From assembly GCA_019057815.1 (NCBI GenBank), contig JAHLWR010000006.1:96001-160000 (forward strand): 64,000 bases of DNA. Direction: 5' to 3'. The notes beneath the pieces are model-generated. The model searched no databases, was not told the DNA's origin, and saw nothing but the letters and a program-made list of their open reading frames with translations. Position numbers and translations under genes: made by a program. Positions 30,648 through 40,319 of the stretch are shown one piece after another; the stretch's first letter is position 1; every line of letters starts with the position of its first letter. The stretch is from Candidatus Heimdallarchaeota archaeon (lineage in GTDB: Archaea > Asgardarchaeota > Heimdallarchaeia > Heimdallarchaeales > Heimdallarchaeaceae).

Positions 30648-31325
30648 ATGAGGATATTTGAGACTATCCACCCAATAATGGGTGTGGGTAATTCTTATTT
30701 AATTTTACGTGAAGCTGAATGTGTTTTAATAGATACGGGATACTCCAGAAGTGCAAAAAAAATAATTAATGCAGTGAAATCATTTGCCTCTGATAGACCT
30801 CTTGCAACAATAATAGTAACCCATGCACATCTTGACCATATTAGAGGGTTGGAAACACTGAGTATCCTATTTGGAGCAGAAGTAGTTGTTCATAAAGATG
30901 AAGGCAATTTTATAATGAAATTAGAAAAATTTCCTCGCGCACAAGGATTTTTGTCAAATATTGTCACAAAATTAACTGAGTTAATGTCTCCCCCCCCATA
31001 TCCTATTGATCGTGTGGTAACAAATGGAGAAGTAATACATGGACTGAAAATTATACATGTCCCGGGGCACACCCCGGGTTCAATAGCTTTGCTGGACAGC
31101 GTGACTGGTGTATTGTTCTCGGGTGATGCAATTACAACTAATAATAAAGGCTCTAAGATCTTGCCACCCCACAGACTGTTTTGCATTGATATTAAAGAAG
31201 CTAGGAAATCTGCATTACGGTTAATAAATGACACTCAACCTAGTGCAATATTACCTGGACATGGAAAACCAATTTTGGATCCAGAGGAGCACATGTCGGC
31301 ATATAAAACTAAGTTTGGTGGATGA
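30648..31325 (+). CDS. Metallo-beta-lactamase-fold hydrolase
   Basis: IDTG, THAHLDH, PGHTPGS, GD, PGHG. Confidence 0.93.
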   Translation: MRIFETIHPIMGVGNSYLILREAECVLIDTGYSRSAKKIINAVKSFASDRPLATIIVTHAHLDHIRGLETLSILFGAEVVVHKDEGNFIMKLEKFPRAQGFLSNIVTKLTELMSPPPYPIDRVVTNGEVIHGLKIIHVPGHTPGSIALLDSVTGVLFSGDAITTNNKGSKILPPHRLFCIDIKEARKSALRLINDTQPSAILPGHGKPILDPEEHMSAYKTKFGG

Positions 31326-31329
31326 TTTC

Positions 31330-32976
31330 GTGACCAAAAAATCATTCGTAACATTCCTGATTCTAAGTGAGATTATCGCACTATTTCTAATCCTGTTTTT
31401 TAATATTGGAATGTTTGGTTTTGATGCTTACATCCATCTCCAATACTGCAGCGCGATTTTAGAGAACAAACATATTTTACAACTAAGTATAGCAAAGAGT
31501 TATTATGACTTCGTAGGCTTCCATATCTTTATTTCTGCTATCGCTTCTTTAACAAGTATCCCTGTATCTGCAATTTATAAATTTGCGAGCGTAATCGTGC
31601 CTATATTGGTTTTTAATCTAACAATAATCGCATTTATTCGTCATGTTGAAAAGAAAAGGAAAGGTTACATTTCAAATGGTATTAATTTACAATACTTGTC
31701 ACTTGTTCTCTTGTTTCCTTCTTTGATAGGAATCCAGATGTTTTTTGGTCGACCAAACTCTCTTGGTATCGCATTTTTTAGTCTTTGTCTCTATCTTTAT
31801 CTGTGTAAAACAAAAAGTTTCAAATCTCAATTATTGGCAGGATTGTTAGTTATTGTCACTGTAAAAATTCATCATTTATCTGCTATATTCTTACTACCTG
31901 TTATATTCTTTACAAGTATATTTTTAGCAAGTAATTACAAAACTATATTGTCTTTAATCTACACTTTTCCAGCGGTTATAGTCGTAAATACAATTCTTGA
32001 TTCAAGAGAGTTTAATATTGTTAACTTTTACTTATCAAAAAATGAAAATTATGTCATTTTTTATGATATTTTTATCTCAAATCTTGCTGTTTTTCTAATT
32101 GTATGGTTAGCATTAACTTTGTTAGGATATATCGTCCGTTCAAAATATCAAGAAAAGGTTGTTAACTTCTTTGCACAACGTAAATTGAGTAGAAAATTAT
32201 TTATTTTATTTATCGGAAGTATAACAATATTAGAAGTTGTGGGGTTGTATCTTTACACAACTCAACTTTCATCGTGGTATATCAGTGTTGAATTAACAAT
32301 CTTATTTATTTTAAGTGGAATAGCTTTGTTACCCTCAAATAATGTCAGGAATTCTCTTTTTACTTTAGGGTTCATCTTTTATGGTTTAACCGTTGTGTTC
32401 TCTCTTGTTTTCAGTTCTACACAGCACGAGCTTTCATGGATTGCTCCAAGAACTTTTATTTTCGCGATTATTTTCTTTAGTATTTTATCATATGTATCTA
32501 TTTCAGACTTTCTTATCTTTTTGAAGAAAAAATGGGTGGTATTATTTATACCAATTCTTCTTTTCAATGTGTATGTAAGTTTTTCTTATATTGGTAGTCA
32601 TTACATTCCAGAATATAATCTGAATAATAGTTACGAGAATTTAACTTTCGCTTACTGGATTGAAGCAAACACTAACACTTCTACTTTTACAGCTAGCATC
32701 CCTTTTTCTATAGCGAAATTTATTGATGGTGTTGATATTTATAGACTGCAAGTGTTGCTAGATATACATTCCACTATCTCGCAGAATACTATTAGGTTAA
32801 CATCTTCGTATCTAACGTATATTACAATTGGAGCAACAATGGATCAATGGTTGGGCTCACCTTTACGTCTTTCTTCAGAAAATATAACCTATTACATAAA
32901 TACATTATATTATAATCAACCAACTTTTCACTGTATACTTAGCAATGGGAAAAACTGTCTCATGTACAATTGGTGA
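31330..32976 (+). CDS. Polytopic GT-C-like membrane glycosyltransferase
   Basis: About 12 TMs; GFDAYIH in the first loop after TM1 (cf. DxYxH of GT-C enzymes); soluble C-terminal domain; start refined to GTG 31330 after the MBL stop. Confidence 0.6.
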   Translation: MTKKSFVTFLILSEIIALFLILFFNIGMFGFDAYIHLQYCSAILENKHILQLSIAKSYYDFVGFHIFISAIASLTSIPVSAIYKFASVIVPILVFNLTIIAFIRHVEKKRKGYISNGINLQYLSLVLLFPSLIGIQMFFGRPNSLGIAFFSLCLYLYLCKTKSFKSQLLAGLLVIVTVKIHHLSAIFLLPVIFFTSIFLASNYKTILSLIYTFPAVIVVNTILDSREFNIVNFYLSKNENYVIFYDIFISNLAVFLIVWLALTLLGYIVRSKYQEKVVNFFAQRKLSRKLFILFIGSITILEVVGLYLYTTQLSSWYISVELTILFILSGIALLPSNNVRNSLFTLGFIFYGLTVVFSLVFSSTQHELSWIAPRTFIFAIIFFSILSYVSISDFLIFLKKKWVVLFIPILLFNVYVSFSYIGSHYIPEYNLNNSYENLTFAYWIEANTNTSTFTASIPFSIAKFIDGVDIYRLQVLLDIHSTISQNTIRLTSSYLTYITIGATMDQWLGSPLRLSSENITYYINTLYYNQPTFHCILSNGKNCLMYNW

Positions 32977-32982
32977 TTACTT

Positions 32983-34134
32983 ATGACCCCCTTACGTATC
33001 GTTCAAGTGACACCTTTTTTTGGTTACAGACAATATGGTGGAACAGAGCGCTTTGTTATGAATTTGTCTGAAGAACTAGCTGATAGAGGACATCACATCG
33101 ATGTTTTTTCCACAAAACATTCAACAGAAATCCCTTATCAAGAATATTATAAGAACTTAACAATTCATAGGTTTTATAGCCCAGTAAATTTTTTTGGTAT
33201 AAATCCTGCTTGTATAATGTTACATAAATTATTGAAAGTTAAAGAAATTGATGTTTTTCATGTACATTCTTATATCTATTTTACAAGCATTCAAGCTGCA
33301 TTAGCGAAACTATTCAGGAGAATTCCTATTCTTTTGCATATTCATGGTGGGATTGGACGTCCACCCTATAAGACGAGCATGTTGCGTCATTTTGCCAAGC
33401 TATTTTATGATCAGACTTTTGGTAGTTTTGTATTACATCAATCAGATCTTATTGCCTCAGTAAGTGCTTGTGATGCTGAAATATTGAAAATTTCCGCTCC
33501 TAAGAAAAATGCTAGTATTTTTATTATTAATAATGCTATTAATGTAGAAAATTTTCCTGAAGTAACTCCAAGAGTGCAAGATAATTTTGTTGTAACATAT
33601 ATAGGAGATCTTGAACCTTGGAAGGGCGTTGTATATTATGCCCGAGTGATTAAAGAAGTATTGAAGAATAACAAGAAAGTAGTTTTTTGGTTTATTGGAA
33701 GCGGTTCTCTGTCCTCATCACTTCAAGATTTCTTCAAAGGTCAACAAAGGGTAAAATTCTTTGGCACTGTTAACCACAAAACAATACCTTCATTATTATC
33801 AAAGACTAATTTACTTGTTCACCCCAGTTACTGGGAAGGTTCTCCAACAACAATTATTGAAGCAATGACTATGGGTATCCCTATAATTGGGTCAAAAGTT
33901 GGAGATATTCCACGTCTTCTTAGATATGGCAAAGCTGGAACTTTATTTGTTGCAGGCAATGAAACCCAACTAAGAGAAAAAATAGAGGATGCGCTTACAA
34001 ATTATGACGAAATGATCTCTACTGCTCAAAAATATCGAAGAGGGTTTAGAGAGGACTTTTCACTCAAAGTTGTTACTGACAAAATCGAAAAATTATATTA
34101 TACACTTAGCACCAAAGAGAACTTAAAACGTTAA
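32983..34134 (+). CDS. Glycosyltransferase family 4
   Basis: GGTE, GHHIDV, HIHG, KG, EX7E (EGSPTTIIE). Confidence 0.92.
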   Translation: MTPLRIVQVTPFFGYRQYGGTERFVMNLSEELADRGHHIDVFSTKHSTEIPYQEYYKNLTIHRFYSPVNFFGINPACIMLHKLLKVKEIDVFHVHSYIYFTSIQAALAKLFRRIPILLHIHGGIGRPPYKTSMLRHFAKLFYDQTFGSFVLHQSDLIASVSACDAEILKISAPKKNASIFIINNAINVENFPEVTPRVQDNFVVTYIGDLEPWKGVVYYARVIKEVLKNNKKVVFWFIGSGSLSSSLQDFFKGQQRVKFFGTVNHKTIPSLLSKTNLLVHPSYWEGSPTTIIEAMTMGIPIIGSKVGDIPRLLRYGKAGTLFVAGNETQLREKIEDALTNYDEMISTAQKYRRGFREDFSLKVVTDKIEKLYYTLSTKENLKR

Positions 34135-34475
34135 ACAGAGCAAATTAATAGACATTGGACTCCAACAGATTTTTAAATAATCATATATCAAATCTATCTG
34201 GAGTGTGATTAAGTGGTCTTATCGAGGGCTTGCGAAATGCTCGTACAATAGCAAATTTGACTTATCTAATCAAGCTATTGAAGATCACAACATTCGTAAA
34301 TATTTGCAATGCTTTTTTATTTCATATGATACTATTAGATTATGTTCTTCAACCAAAATGTTGAGATATCTAAAATTTTTTAGACATGTTCAAAATAGTG
34401 CCAAATCAGTGTTGTCTAACGGAAAAAAATAGTGTTCAAATAAAAAAGTAAGAATCTATAGCGAGGTAATGAAAA

Positions 34476-36194
34476 GTGAGTGAAAGATGGGTAATAACAG
34501 CTGCATGGCCATATGTAAACACAGTACCACATCTAGGTACTATGTTACAATTGTTGAGCGGAGATGTGGTTACTAGATACCACAAATTAAGAAAACATGA
34601 AGTATTGTATGTGAGTGGTAGTGATATACATGGTACTCCTATTGTAGTGGCAGCTGAAGCTGAAGGAATAACCCCAAAGGAACTAGCATTAAAATATCAT
34701 AAAATAATTTTACAATTATTAAAAGACTGGAATATCGAGTTTGATAGATATACAACTACTGGTAATGAAACACACATCACTTTTGTACAAGAATTTCATA
34801 AAAAAATACATGAAAACGGGTATTTTGATCTAAGAGAAACTGAGCAATATTTTTGTGAATACTGTAAAAAATTCCTTCCAGATCGTTTTGTTGAAGGCAC
34901 TTGCCCAACATGTGGTGAAGAAGGAGCAAGAGGAGATCAATGCACCAATCATGAATGTGGAGTAGTACTTAAACCAGTTGACTTAATTAATCCATACTGC
35001 TCAACATGTAATAATACTCCAATTCTAAAAAAAACAGAACATTGGTATTTTGACTTACCCGCATTTTCAGAAGAACTCAGAAAATTTATTGAAGAGAATC
35101 CTCATATCCCCTCTTTTGCAAAAAAGAAAGTTTTGAGCATGATTGATAAAGGGTTAAAAGAACGACCTATTTCAAGAGATATGCAATGGGGGATACCAAT
35201 TGCGCCTATCTTTGGTGAGGAATTCAAGAAAAAAGTCATATATGTTTGGTTTGAAAATGTTTTAGGATATCTTAGCACAGTCAAGTTAATAGCCAAGGAA
35301 CAAGGAAAAACCGATTTATTTGAAAATTTCTGGTTAAATAAGAACACCAAAACCGTTTTCTGTATTGGAAAGGATAATATAATTTTTCATGCATTATTAT
35401 TCCCTGCAATGTTGATGGCGACAAAAGATTCGTATCCACTGCCACATGCAGTAGCAACAACGAATTTCCTAATGTTTAAAGAAGGTCCATTTTCGAAGTC
35501 AAAAGGAATCGGGATATGGGGAGATGAAGCCATTGAAATTGAAAAAGCTGATTATTGGCGTTATTATCTTATTTCGACTAGACCAGAGATGAAAGATACA
35601 TATTTTGATTGGAGAGAATTTGGTAATGCTATTAATGTTGATTTGAATGATGTTATTGGTAATTTTATTCATCGAACAGTTACATTCATCTCTCAACACT
35701 TTGACGGAAAGATTCCTGAAAGAGGAAAGTTAGGAGATGAAGAAGAAAAATTACTTTCAGAAATTGAGAAAAGTGTTCAAGACTATAAGAATGCAATGGA
35801 TTCTTTCAAACTAAAGGAGGCAGCTAACGCAACCCTAGTTTTAGCAAGAAAAGGCAATTTGTATCTCTCAACTACACAACCTTGGCATTTAATAAAAAAA
35901 GATAAAGCGAAAGCTGGGCAAGTGTTGAATATATCTGCAAAAATCGCTGAGACTGTTTCATTGCTTTTATGGCCCATTGTTCCAAGTGCAAGTGAAAAAC
36001 TGTGGGAAGTTATTGGATTTAAGGGTATACCACCAGACACAGGGATTGATTATCTAGATATAAATTTAACTAATGATGGTCAAGAAGTAAAAAAAAGCCA
36101 ACCTATATTTGGAAAAGTAAAAGTAAAAGAAGTGGAAGAAAAATTAACAAAACTAAAGGAAGAAGCAAAAAGGAGAAATGAAAATGGAAGATAA
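34476..36194 (+). CDS. metG: Methionyl-tRNA synthetase (catalytic part)
   Basis: AWPYVN..PHLG, GSDIHG, two Zn knuckles, ISRD..WG, YVWF, GKDN, FSKS. Confidence 0.97.
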   Translation: MSERWVITAAWPYVNTVPHLGTMLQLLSGDVVTRYHKLRKHEVLYVSGSDIHGTPIVVAAEAEGITPKELALKYHKIILQLLKDWNIEFDRYTTTGNETHITFVQEFHKKIHENGYFDLRETEQYFCEYCKKFLPDRFVEGTCPTCGEEGARGDQCTNHECGVVLKPVDLINPYCSTCNNTPILKKTEHWYFDLPAFSEELRKFIEENPHIPSFAKKKVLSMIDKGLKERPISRDMQWGIPIAPIFGEEFKKKVIYVWFENVLGYLSTVKLIAKEQGKTDLFENFWLNKNTKTVFCIGKDNIIFHALLFPAMLMATKDSYPLPHAVATTNFLMFKEGPFSKSKGIGIWGDEAIEIEKADYWRYYLISTRPEMKDTYFDWREFGNAINVDLNDVIGNFIHRTVTFISQHFDGKIPERGKLGDEEEKLLSEIEKSVQDYKNAMDSFKLKEAANATLVLARKGNLYLSTTQPWHLIKKDKAKAGQVLNISAKIAETVSLLLWPIVPSASEKLWEVIGFKGIPPDTGIDYLDINLTNDGQEVKKSQPIFGKVKVKEVEEKLTKLKEEAKRRNENGR

Positions 36195-36534
36195 AAGAAA
36201 GGTAAAACAAGAAAGGATAAGTTTCACTGAATTTCAAAAGATGAAATTAAAAGTTGCCACAATTAAACATGCTGAAGAAATAGAAAAGAGTAGGAATTTG
36301 ATTAAACTAATAGTAGATCTTGGAATTGAAGAAAGACAAATACTAGCAGGAATCAAACAATATTACAAAGCTAAAGATCTAATAGGAAGACAGATCGTTG
36401 TTATTGTAAACCTAGAACCTGCAACATTAATGGGAGAAAAATCTGATGGTATGCTAATGGCTGCGGATATTGATGGAGAGCCCATACTACTTCAACCAGA
36501 GAGAGAAGTTCCACCTGGTACACCAATCAAGTAG
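36178..36534 (+). CDS. Stand-alone MetRS C-terminal / Trbp111-like tRNA-binding OB protein
   Basis: ISFTEF.K..LKVA, RQILAGI, VNLEP..LMG..SDGM. Confidence 0.92.
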   Translation: MKMEDKRKVKQERISFTEFQKMKLKVATIKHAEEIEKSRNLIKLIVDLGIEERQILAGIKQYYKAKDLIGRQIVVIVNLEPATLMGEKSDGMLMAADIDGEPILLQPEREVPPGTPIK

Positions 36535-36773
36535 AATGCAATTAGCCGTTATTATATCTTAACATTTTTTCTCCTTCTCTCCTTACTTCTTTCTCTGAAA
36601 ATGTATTCCTTTGTTTATCACTCCATTTTCAATTTAAAACGAGTAAAATGGTATTTTCGTTGGTTTTGCAAACCCAAAGACTACACCTGGATGATAGCTG
36701 AAGTAAGTTTGATATGTTCGCAGAGTATTACATTAGCTCATAATTAGTCACACAAGAAATAATTAGGTGATAA

Positions 36774-36932
36774 ATGATGAAACTAGTAACAGTTCATCTT
36801 CCAAGTGAATTCCTCCATGACCTTGATGAATTAGTAAGACAAAAAAGATATCCTAATAGAAGCGAATGTATTCGTGTAGCGATTAGAGACTTGCTTAAAG
36901 AAGAAGCATGGACAAAAAGGGCCGCAATCTAA
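36774..36932 (+). CDS. Ribbon-helix-helix (CdrS/CopG-like) regulator, 52 aa, not in the ORF track
   Basis: Manual translation MMKLVTVHLPSEFLHDLDELVRQKRYPNRSECIRVAIRDLLKEEAWTKRAAI; GGTGA RBS at 36766-36770. Confidence 0.92.
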   Translation: MMKLVTVHLPSEFLHDLDELVRQKRYPNRSECIRVAIRDLLKEEAWTKRAAI

Positions 36933-36967
36933 TCATAAATAAGGGCTAGTAGTGCACGTACTTTCTA

Positions 36968-37624
36968 CTATAAGTGAATTTGAAAAGCTCTGATGAACTT
37001 TTCGGGTAGAGATAAGTGTGCTCCTTCTCCTTTTGTTTTTCTTCTCCTGATAGATTCTAGTAAGTCATCAATTGATTCAATTCCTTTTGGACAAATTGTA
37101 TATGCCATTCCTACATCTTGAATTCTATGGGAATCACTTCCCCCTGTTTCTGGTAAATTTTTTCTTCTGGCGAAGTTTTTTGCTCTGTTATTGAAATATT
37201 GGAGCCAACATGAACCATTTTGTGTCTCTACAAAAATTTTTTCTAATTTAAAGATCCTTTTACCTATTCCTTTCCTAGTAACATCAAAAGGGTGGGGTAC
37301 TATCACTTCTCCCCCAAAATCTAGTATGTTTTCAATTGTTTCTTCAATTGAGAGCCTTTTTGGGATGGTGTTTTTAATACCTAAACCAATAATGTGTCCT
37401 TTATTAGTAGAAACCTCAATACCGGGTATTATTAGTAAATCGGTTTCTATTCTTACTTTATAATGAAAATCTGTAGTGTTGTGATCAGTTATAGCTAAAC
37501 CTGATAAACCGCGTCTTTCAGCTTCTTTAATTATACTCTTTGGGTTACTTTTACAATCTCTGGAGTAGTGACTGTGAACGTGTAAATCAAAAAAATCTTT
37601 TTCTTCATTCCTCCAGTTTTCCAT
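36968..37624 (-). CDS. PHP-domain phosphoesterase
   Basis: DLHVHS, ITDHN, GIEV, PHPF, GSDSH; start refined to ATG 37624. Confidence 0.92.
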   Translation of the reverse strand: MENWRNEEKDFFDLHVHSHYSRDCKSNPKSIIKEAERRGLSGLAITDHNTTDFHYKVRIETDLLIIPGIEVSTNKGHIIGLGIKNTIPKRLSIEETIENILDFGGEVIVPHPFDVTRKGIGKRIFKLEKIFVETQNGSCWLQYFNNRAKNFARRKNLPETGGSDSHRIQDVGMAYTICPKGIESIDDLLESIRRRKTKGEGAHLSLPEKFIRAFQIHL

Positions 37625-37640
37625 TCTTCCCCTTCTCTCC

Positions 37641-38297
37641 CTATTCGCTACTCTTATTTTCTTGTTTTTCTTGTTCAAATACTATTCTTTCCAACTCATT
37701 CAAATCTGAAATTGAAGCTAAATCTTCTTCACTGTCTGCTGCAATCCACATTTTTTGTTTATTCTCTTTCAATTCTCTCATTTTACGCTCTATGAAACCA
37801 TAAACTTTGGTGTGTTTCGAACCATTAATTAATTGAATTATTGCTTCTCTAACTATATGCATTTTTTGGAATTCTCCAATTATACTAATAGTATTCCCAA
37901 AAACTGATAGGAAAACACCTGTTGATTGTTCAATAGTGTTTCTTGTTCGTCCCTTTTTTCCAATAACTCTAGATCTTACCTCTTGAAGGGCGCTTGGCTT
38001 TGTACCTATTATATCTCTAATTTGGATTAATTCAAAACCGAAATCTGATCGCATTATCTTATATACTTTATGAGGGCTAAAACCTCTTCCTATAGCTTTA
38101 ACCATATCTCTTGCTTTCCATAAAGCAATAGGATCATCAATTTCATCTTCCATTACCACTAGTACATTACCATTATCGCTGTTGACAATCAATTTGCAAC
38201 CAGTTAGCTCTTCTAGACGCTTCTTTGTAGAACCCTTGGGTCCAATAAGGACAGCTACTCGTTCCATTGGTACTCTAACTAGAAACTCACTGGTCAT
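37641..38297 (-). CDS. KH-domain rRNA processing protein Dim2/Pno1
   Basis: LIGPKG, AIGRGF, RVIGKKG, GSKH..VY; GGTGA RBS before ATG 38297. Confidence 0.93.
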   Translation of the reverse strand: MTSEFLVRVPMERVAVLIGPKGSTKKRLEELTGCKLIVNSDNGNVLVVMEDEIDDPIALWKARDMVKAIGRGFSPHKVYKIMRSDFGFELIQIRDIIGTKPSALQEVRSRVIGKKGRTRNTIEQSTGVFLSVFGNTISIIGEFQKMHIVREAIIQLINGSKHTKVYGFIERKMRELKENKQKMWIAADSEEDLASISDLNELERIVFEQEKQENKSSE

Positions 38298-38301
38298 TAT
38301 A

Positions 38302-39108
38302 TCACCGATCGATTTCATATAATTCTAATCTGGGGTTAGGTTTAACTCCCGTTATTTGTTCAAAAAGGTCACTATTGTTAAGAGTTTTTACGCCCAATGA
38401 TGAGAAGTATCTATTGATATTGCTAACATCACGGTATAAGAAAAATGCTGCTTGAGGATGATCTAGCAAAACAGCTTGAGACACGTCAATTATAATGGGT
38501 TTATTGTTGTGATATAAAATATTGTACTCACTTAAATCAGCGTGTACCAACTTAGCCTCATTGTACATTAGCGATAGAATATCCAGGATTTCTGAGTAAA
38601 CTTTTCCTGGTTTCTTTAAATTCACTTCACGTATGAGTGGGGCCGCATTCTGTTTTTCCCCTATAAAACTCATAATAAGAATATTTTTGTTAACAATTTC
38701 TGGTTTAGGAACAGGAATGCCTGCATTTAACATCCTTTTCAGATTTTTAAATTCCTTTTTTGCCCATGTGTATATGAAAGAATATGTGCCTTTTTTGTAT
38801 TTTTTAAAACGAGGATCACCTTGAACATAAATCCAGTTTCTTTTAAATTCAGCAGTGGTTGTGCGGTAAATTTTAATCGCAAATTCTTCTTTTTTTGAGC
38901 CATATGCGTGATAAACATTAGCTTCTTTACCAGTAGAAATAACAAAACTGATATCCTTGAAAATTCCTTTATTCATTAGCTTTACCAATACCATACTTGT
39001 CTGAAAATCAAATACACTTTCAATGACTTTTCGAGCATTACTATCTTTCTCACGAATCCGCTCTTTGTCAATTTTTCCATCAATTTTGTTAAGATCTTTA
39101 TATGACAT
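38302..39108 (-). CDS. rio1: Rio1 serine kinase
   Basis: STGKEANVY, AIKIY, WAKKEFKNL, HADLSEYN, IDVSQAV. Confidence 0.95.
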   Translation of the reverse strand: MSYKDLNKIDGKIDKERIREKDSNARKVIESVFDFQTSMVLVKLMNKGIFKDISFVISTGKEANVYHAYGSKKEEFAIKIYRTTTAEFKRNWIYVQGDPRFKKYKKGTYSFIYTWAKKEFKNLKRMLNAGIPVPKPEIVNKNILIMSFIGEKQNAAPLIREVNLKKPGKVYSEILDILSLMYNEAKLVHADLSEYNILYHNNKPIIIDVSQAVLLDHPQAAFFLYRDVSNINRYFSSLGVKTLNNSDLFEQITGVKPNPRLELYEIDR

Positions 39109-39339
39109 TGGTGCCTAGGGTCCTCCTTTTCACTTATTGATTTATTTGGCTATAGATTACTATTAGGAGAGTAGGAAGTGCAACTTTGCTATGCCTTTTC
39201 TAATATTTCGTGCTGTTTATAATAAAACTATTGCTTTGGCTGAAAATAAAGAAATATTAAATAAAGTTATAATTGTTTCCATCTATTAAGAAATTTTGTA
39301 CAAAATTACAGTCATGCTTGTTAAAAGGGATGTTTGAAG

Positions 39340-39735
39340 TTAGGAAACAAAATCACCTGGGACATATTTATTAGCAACCAACCACTGTACCTGGTTTTTA
39401 CGGAAACGATGAACTAGCTCTCCTTTTTCATCAGGTTTCATCCCATATAGCGGCATGATTATAACTAAATCACCAATACGACACCACATACGTTTTCTGT
39501 ACTTTCCTGGAATGCGAATTTGACGCGTAAATCCATCCATACATTTAACAAGTAGTATACTAGCACCAAGAATTTGTAATACAATACCAAAAACTTCTCC
39601 TTCCCCTGGCAACTGAGCTCTTATAGCATCTGAATCTTGAGTTACCCAGTCTGAACTAACTTTTCTATATCCCTTGCCTTTCGAAGGTTTTTTGCCTTTC
39701 TTGCCTTTCTTACCTTTCTTACCTTTTTTACTCAC
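39340..39735 (-). CDS. Translation initiation factor aIF-1A with Lys-rich N-terminal tail
   Basis: LP.EGEVFG.V..ILG, CMDG..R..RIPGK.RKRMW...GD; precedes rio1-dim2 as in many archaea. Confidence 0.93.
   Translation of the reverse strand: MSKKGKKGKKGKKGKKPSKGKGYRKVSSDWVTQDSDAIRAQLPGEGEVFGIVLQILGASILLVKCMDGFTRQIRIPGKYRKRMWCRIGDLVIIMPLYGMKPDEKGELVHRFRKNQVQWLVANKYVPGDFVS
39692..39729 (-). repeat. Degenerate 9-bp tandem repeat encoding (KKG)n
   Basis: ttgcctttc/ttacctttc units x4 on the + strand. Confidence 0.8.
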
Positions 39736-39880
39736 ATGAAATCCTCATTTACTATTCTACTGATATTTTAAGAACTCGTCCTTAAAATACTTTTGTTCTA
39801 TTAAGCGGAAATAATGAGTAAATAAAAACTATCTCATATGAGGAAAAACTTTAATGTTTAAACGATTAAACACAACTGCC

Positions 39881-40291
39881 ATGGAATACAAAGATTTGCT
39901 TGCAAGAGCAAGGAAACAACTGCCTGAAAAGGTATTTGAAAAATTCAGATTCGAGATTCCAAATGTTCAATCCGTAATCGAAGGAAACAAAACTTTCGTT
40001 GTTAATCTCAGAGACATTCTAGAGATCATCAATAGAGATGAAAATCACTTCCTTAAATTTCTAGCGGGAGAACTAGCTACATCAGTAACAGTAGAAGGTC
40101 ATAGAGCTATTTTTGCAGGAAAACACGCTAAAGTTACTTTGCAAACATTACTTGAGCGTTATACAAAAGAATTTGTTATCTGTAATGAATGCACAAAGCC
40201 AGATACAATTCTTGAGTCACGTGATAGAATATTATGGAAAGTATGTCACGCTTGTGGCGCACAATCCGCAGTAAAACCCTTAAGAAAGTAA
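39881..40291 (+). CDS. Translation initiation factor aIF-2 beta
   Basis: Y..LL.RA, RFEIP, EGNKT, ELAT, CNEC.KPDT, CHACGA. Confidence 0.96.
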   Translation: MEYKDLLARARKQLPEKVFEKFRFEIPNVQSVIEGNKTFVVNLRDILEIINRDENHFLKFLAGELATSVTVEGHRAIFAGKHAKVTLQTLLERYTKEFVICNECTKPDTILESRDRILWKVCHACGAQSAVKPLRK

Positions 40292-40319
40292 TATAAAATC
40301 CCTTCAAGGTGTTATAATA

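Noticed and set aside
34205-34432. 75-aa ORF or possible ncRNA between GT4 and metG
   Set aside because: No motif, no clear RBS, GTG start; no convincing stem-loop or tRNA fold
39833-39842. CTCATATGAG 10-bp palindrome upstream of aIF-2beta
   Set aside because: Short enough to be expected by chance in 64 kb
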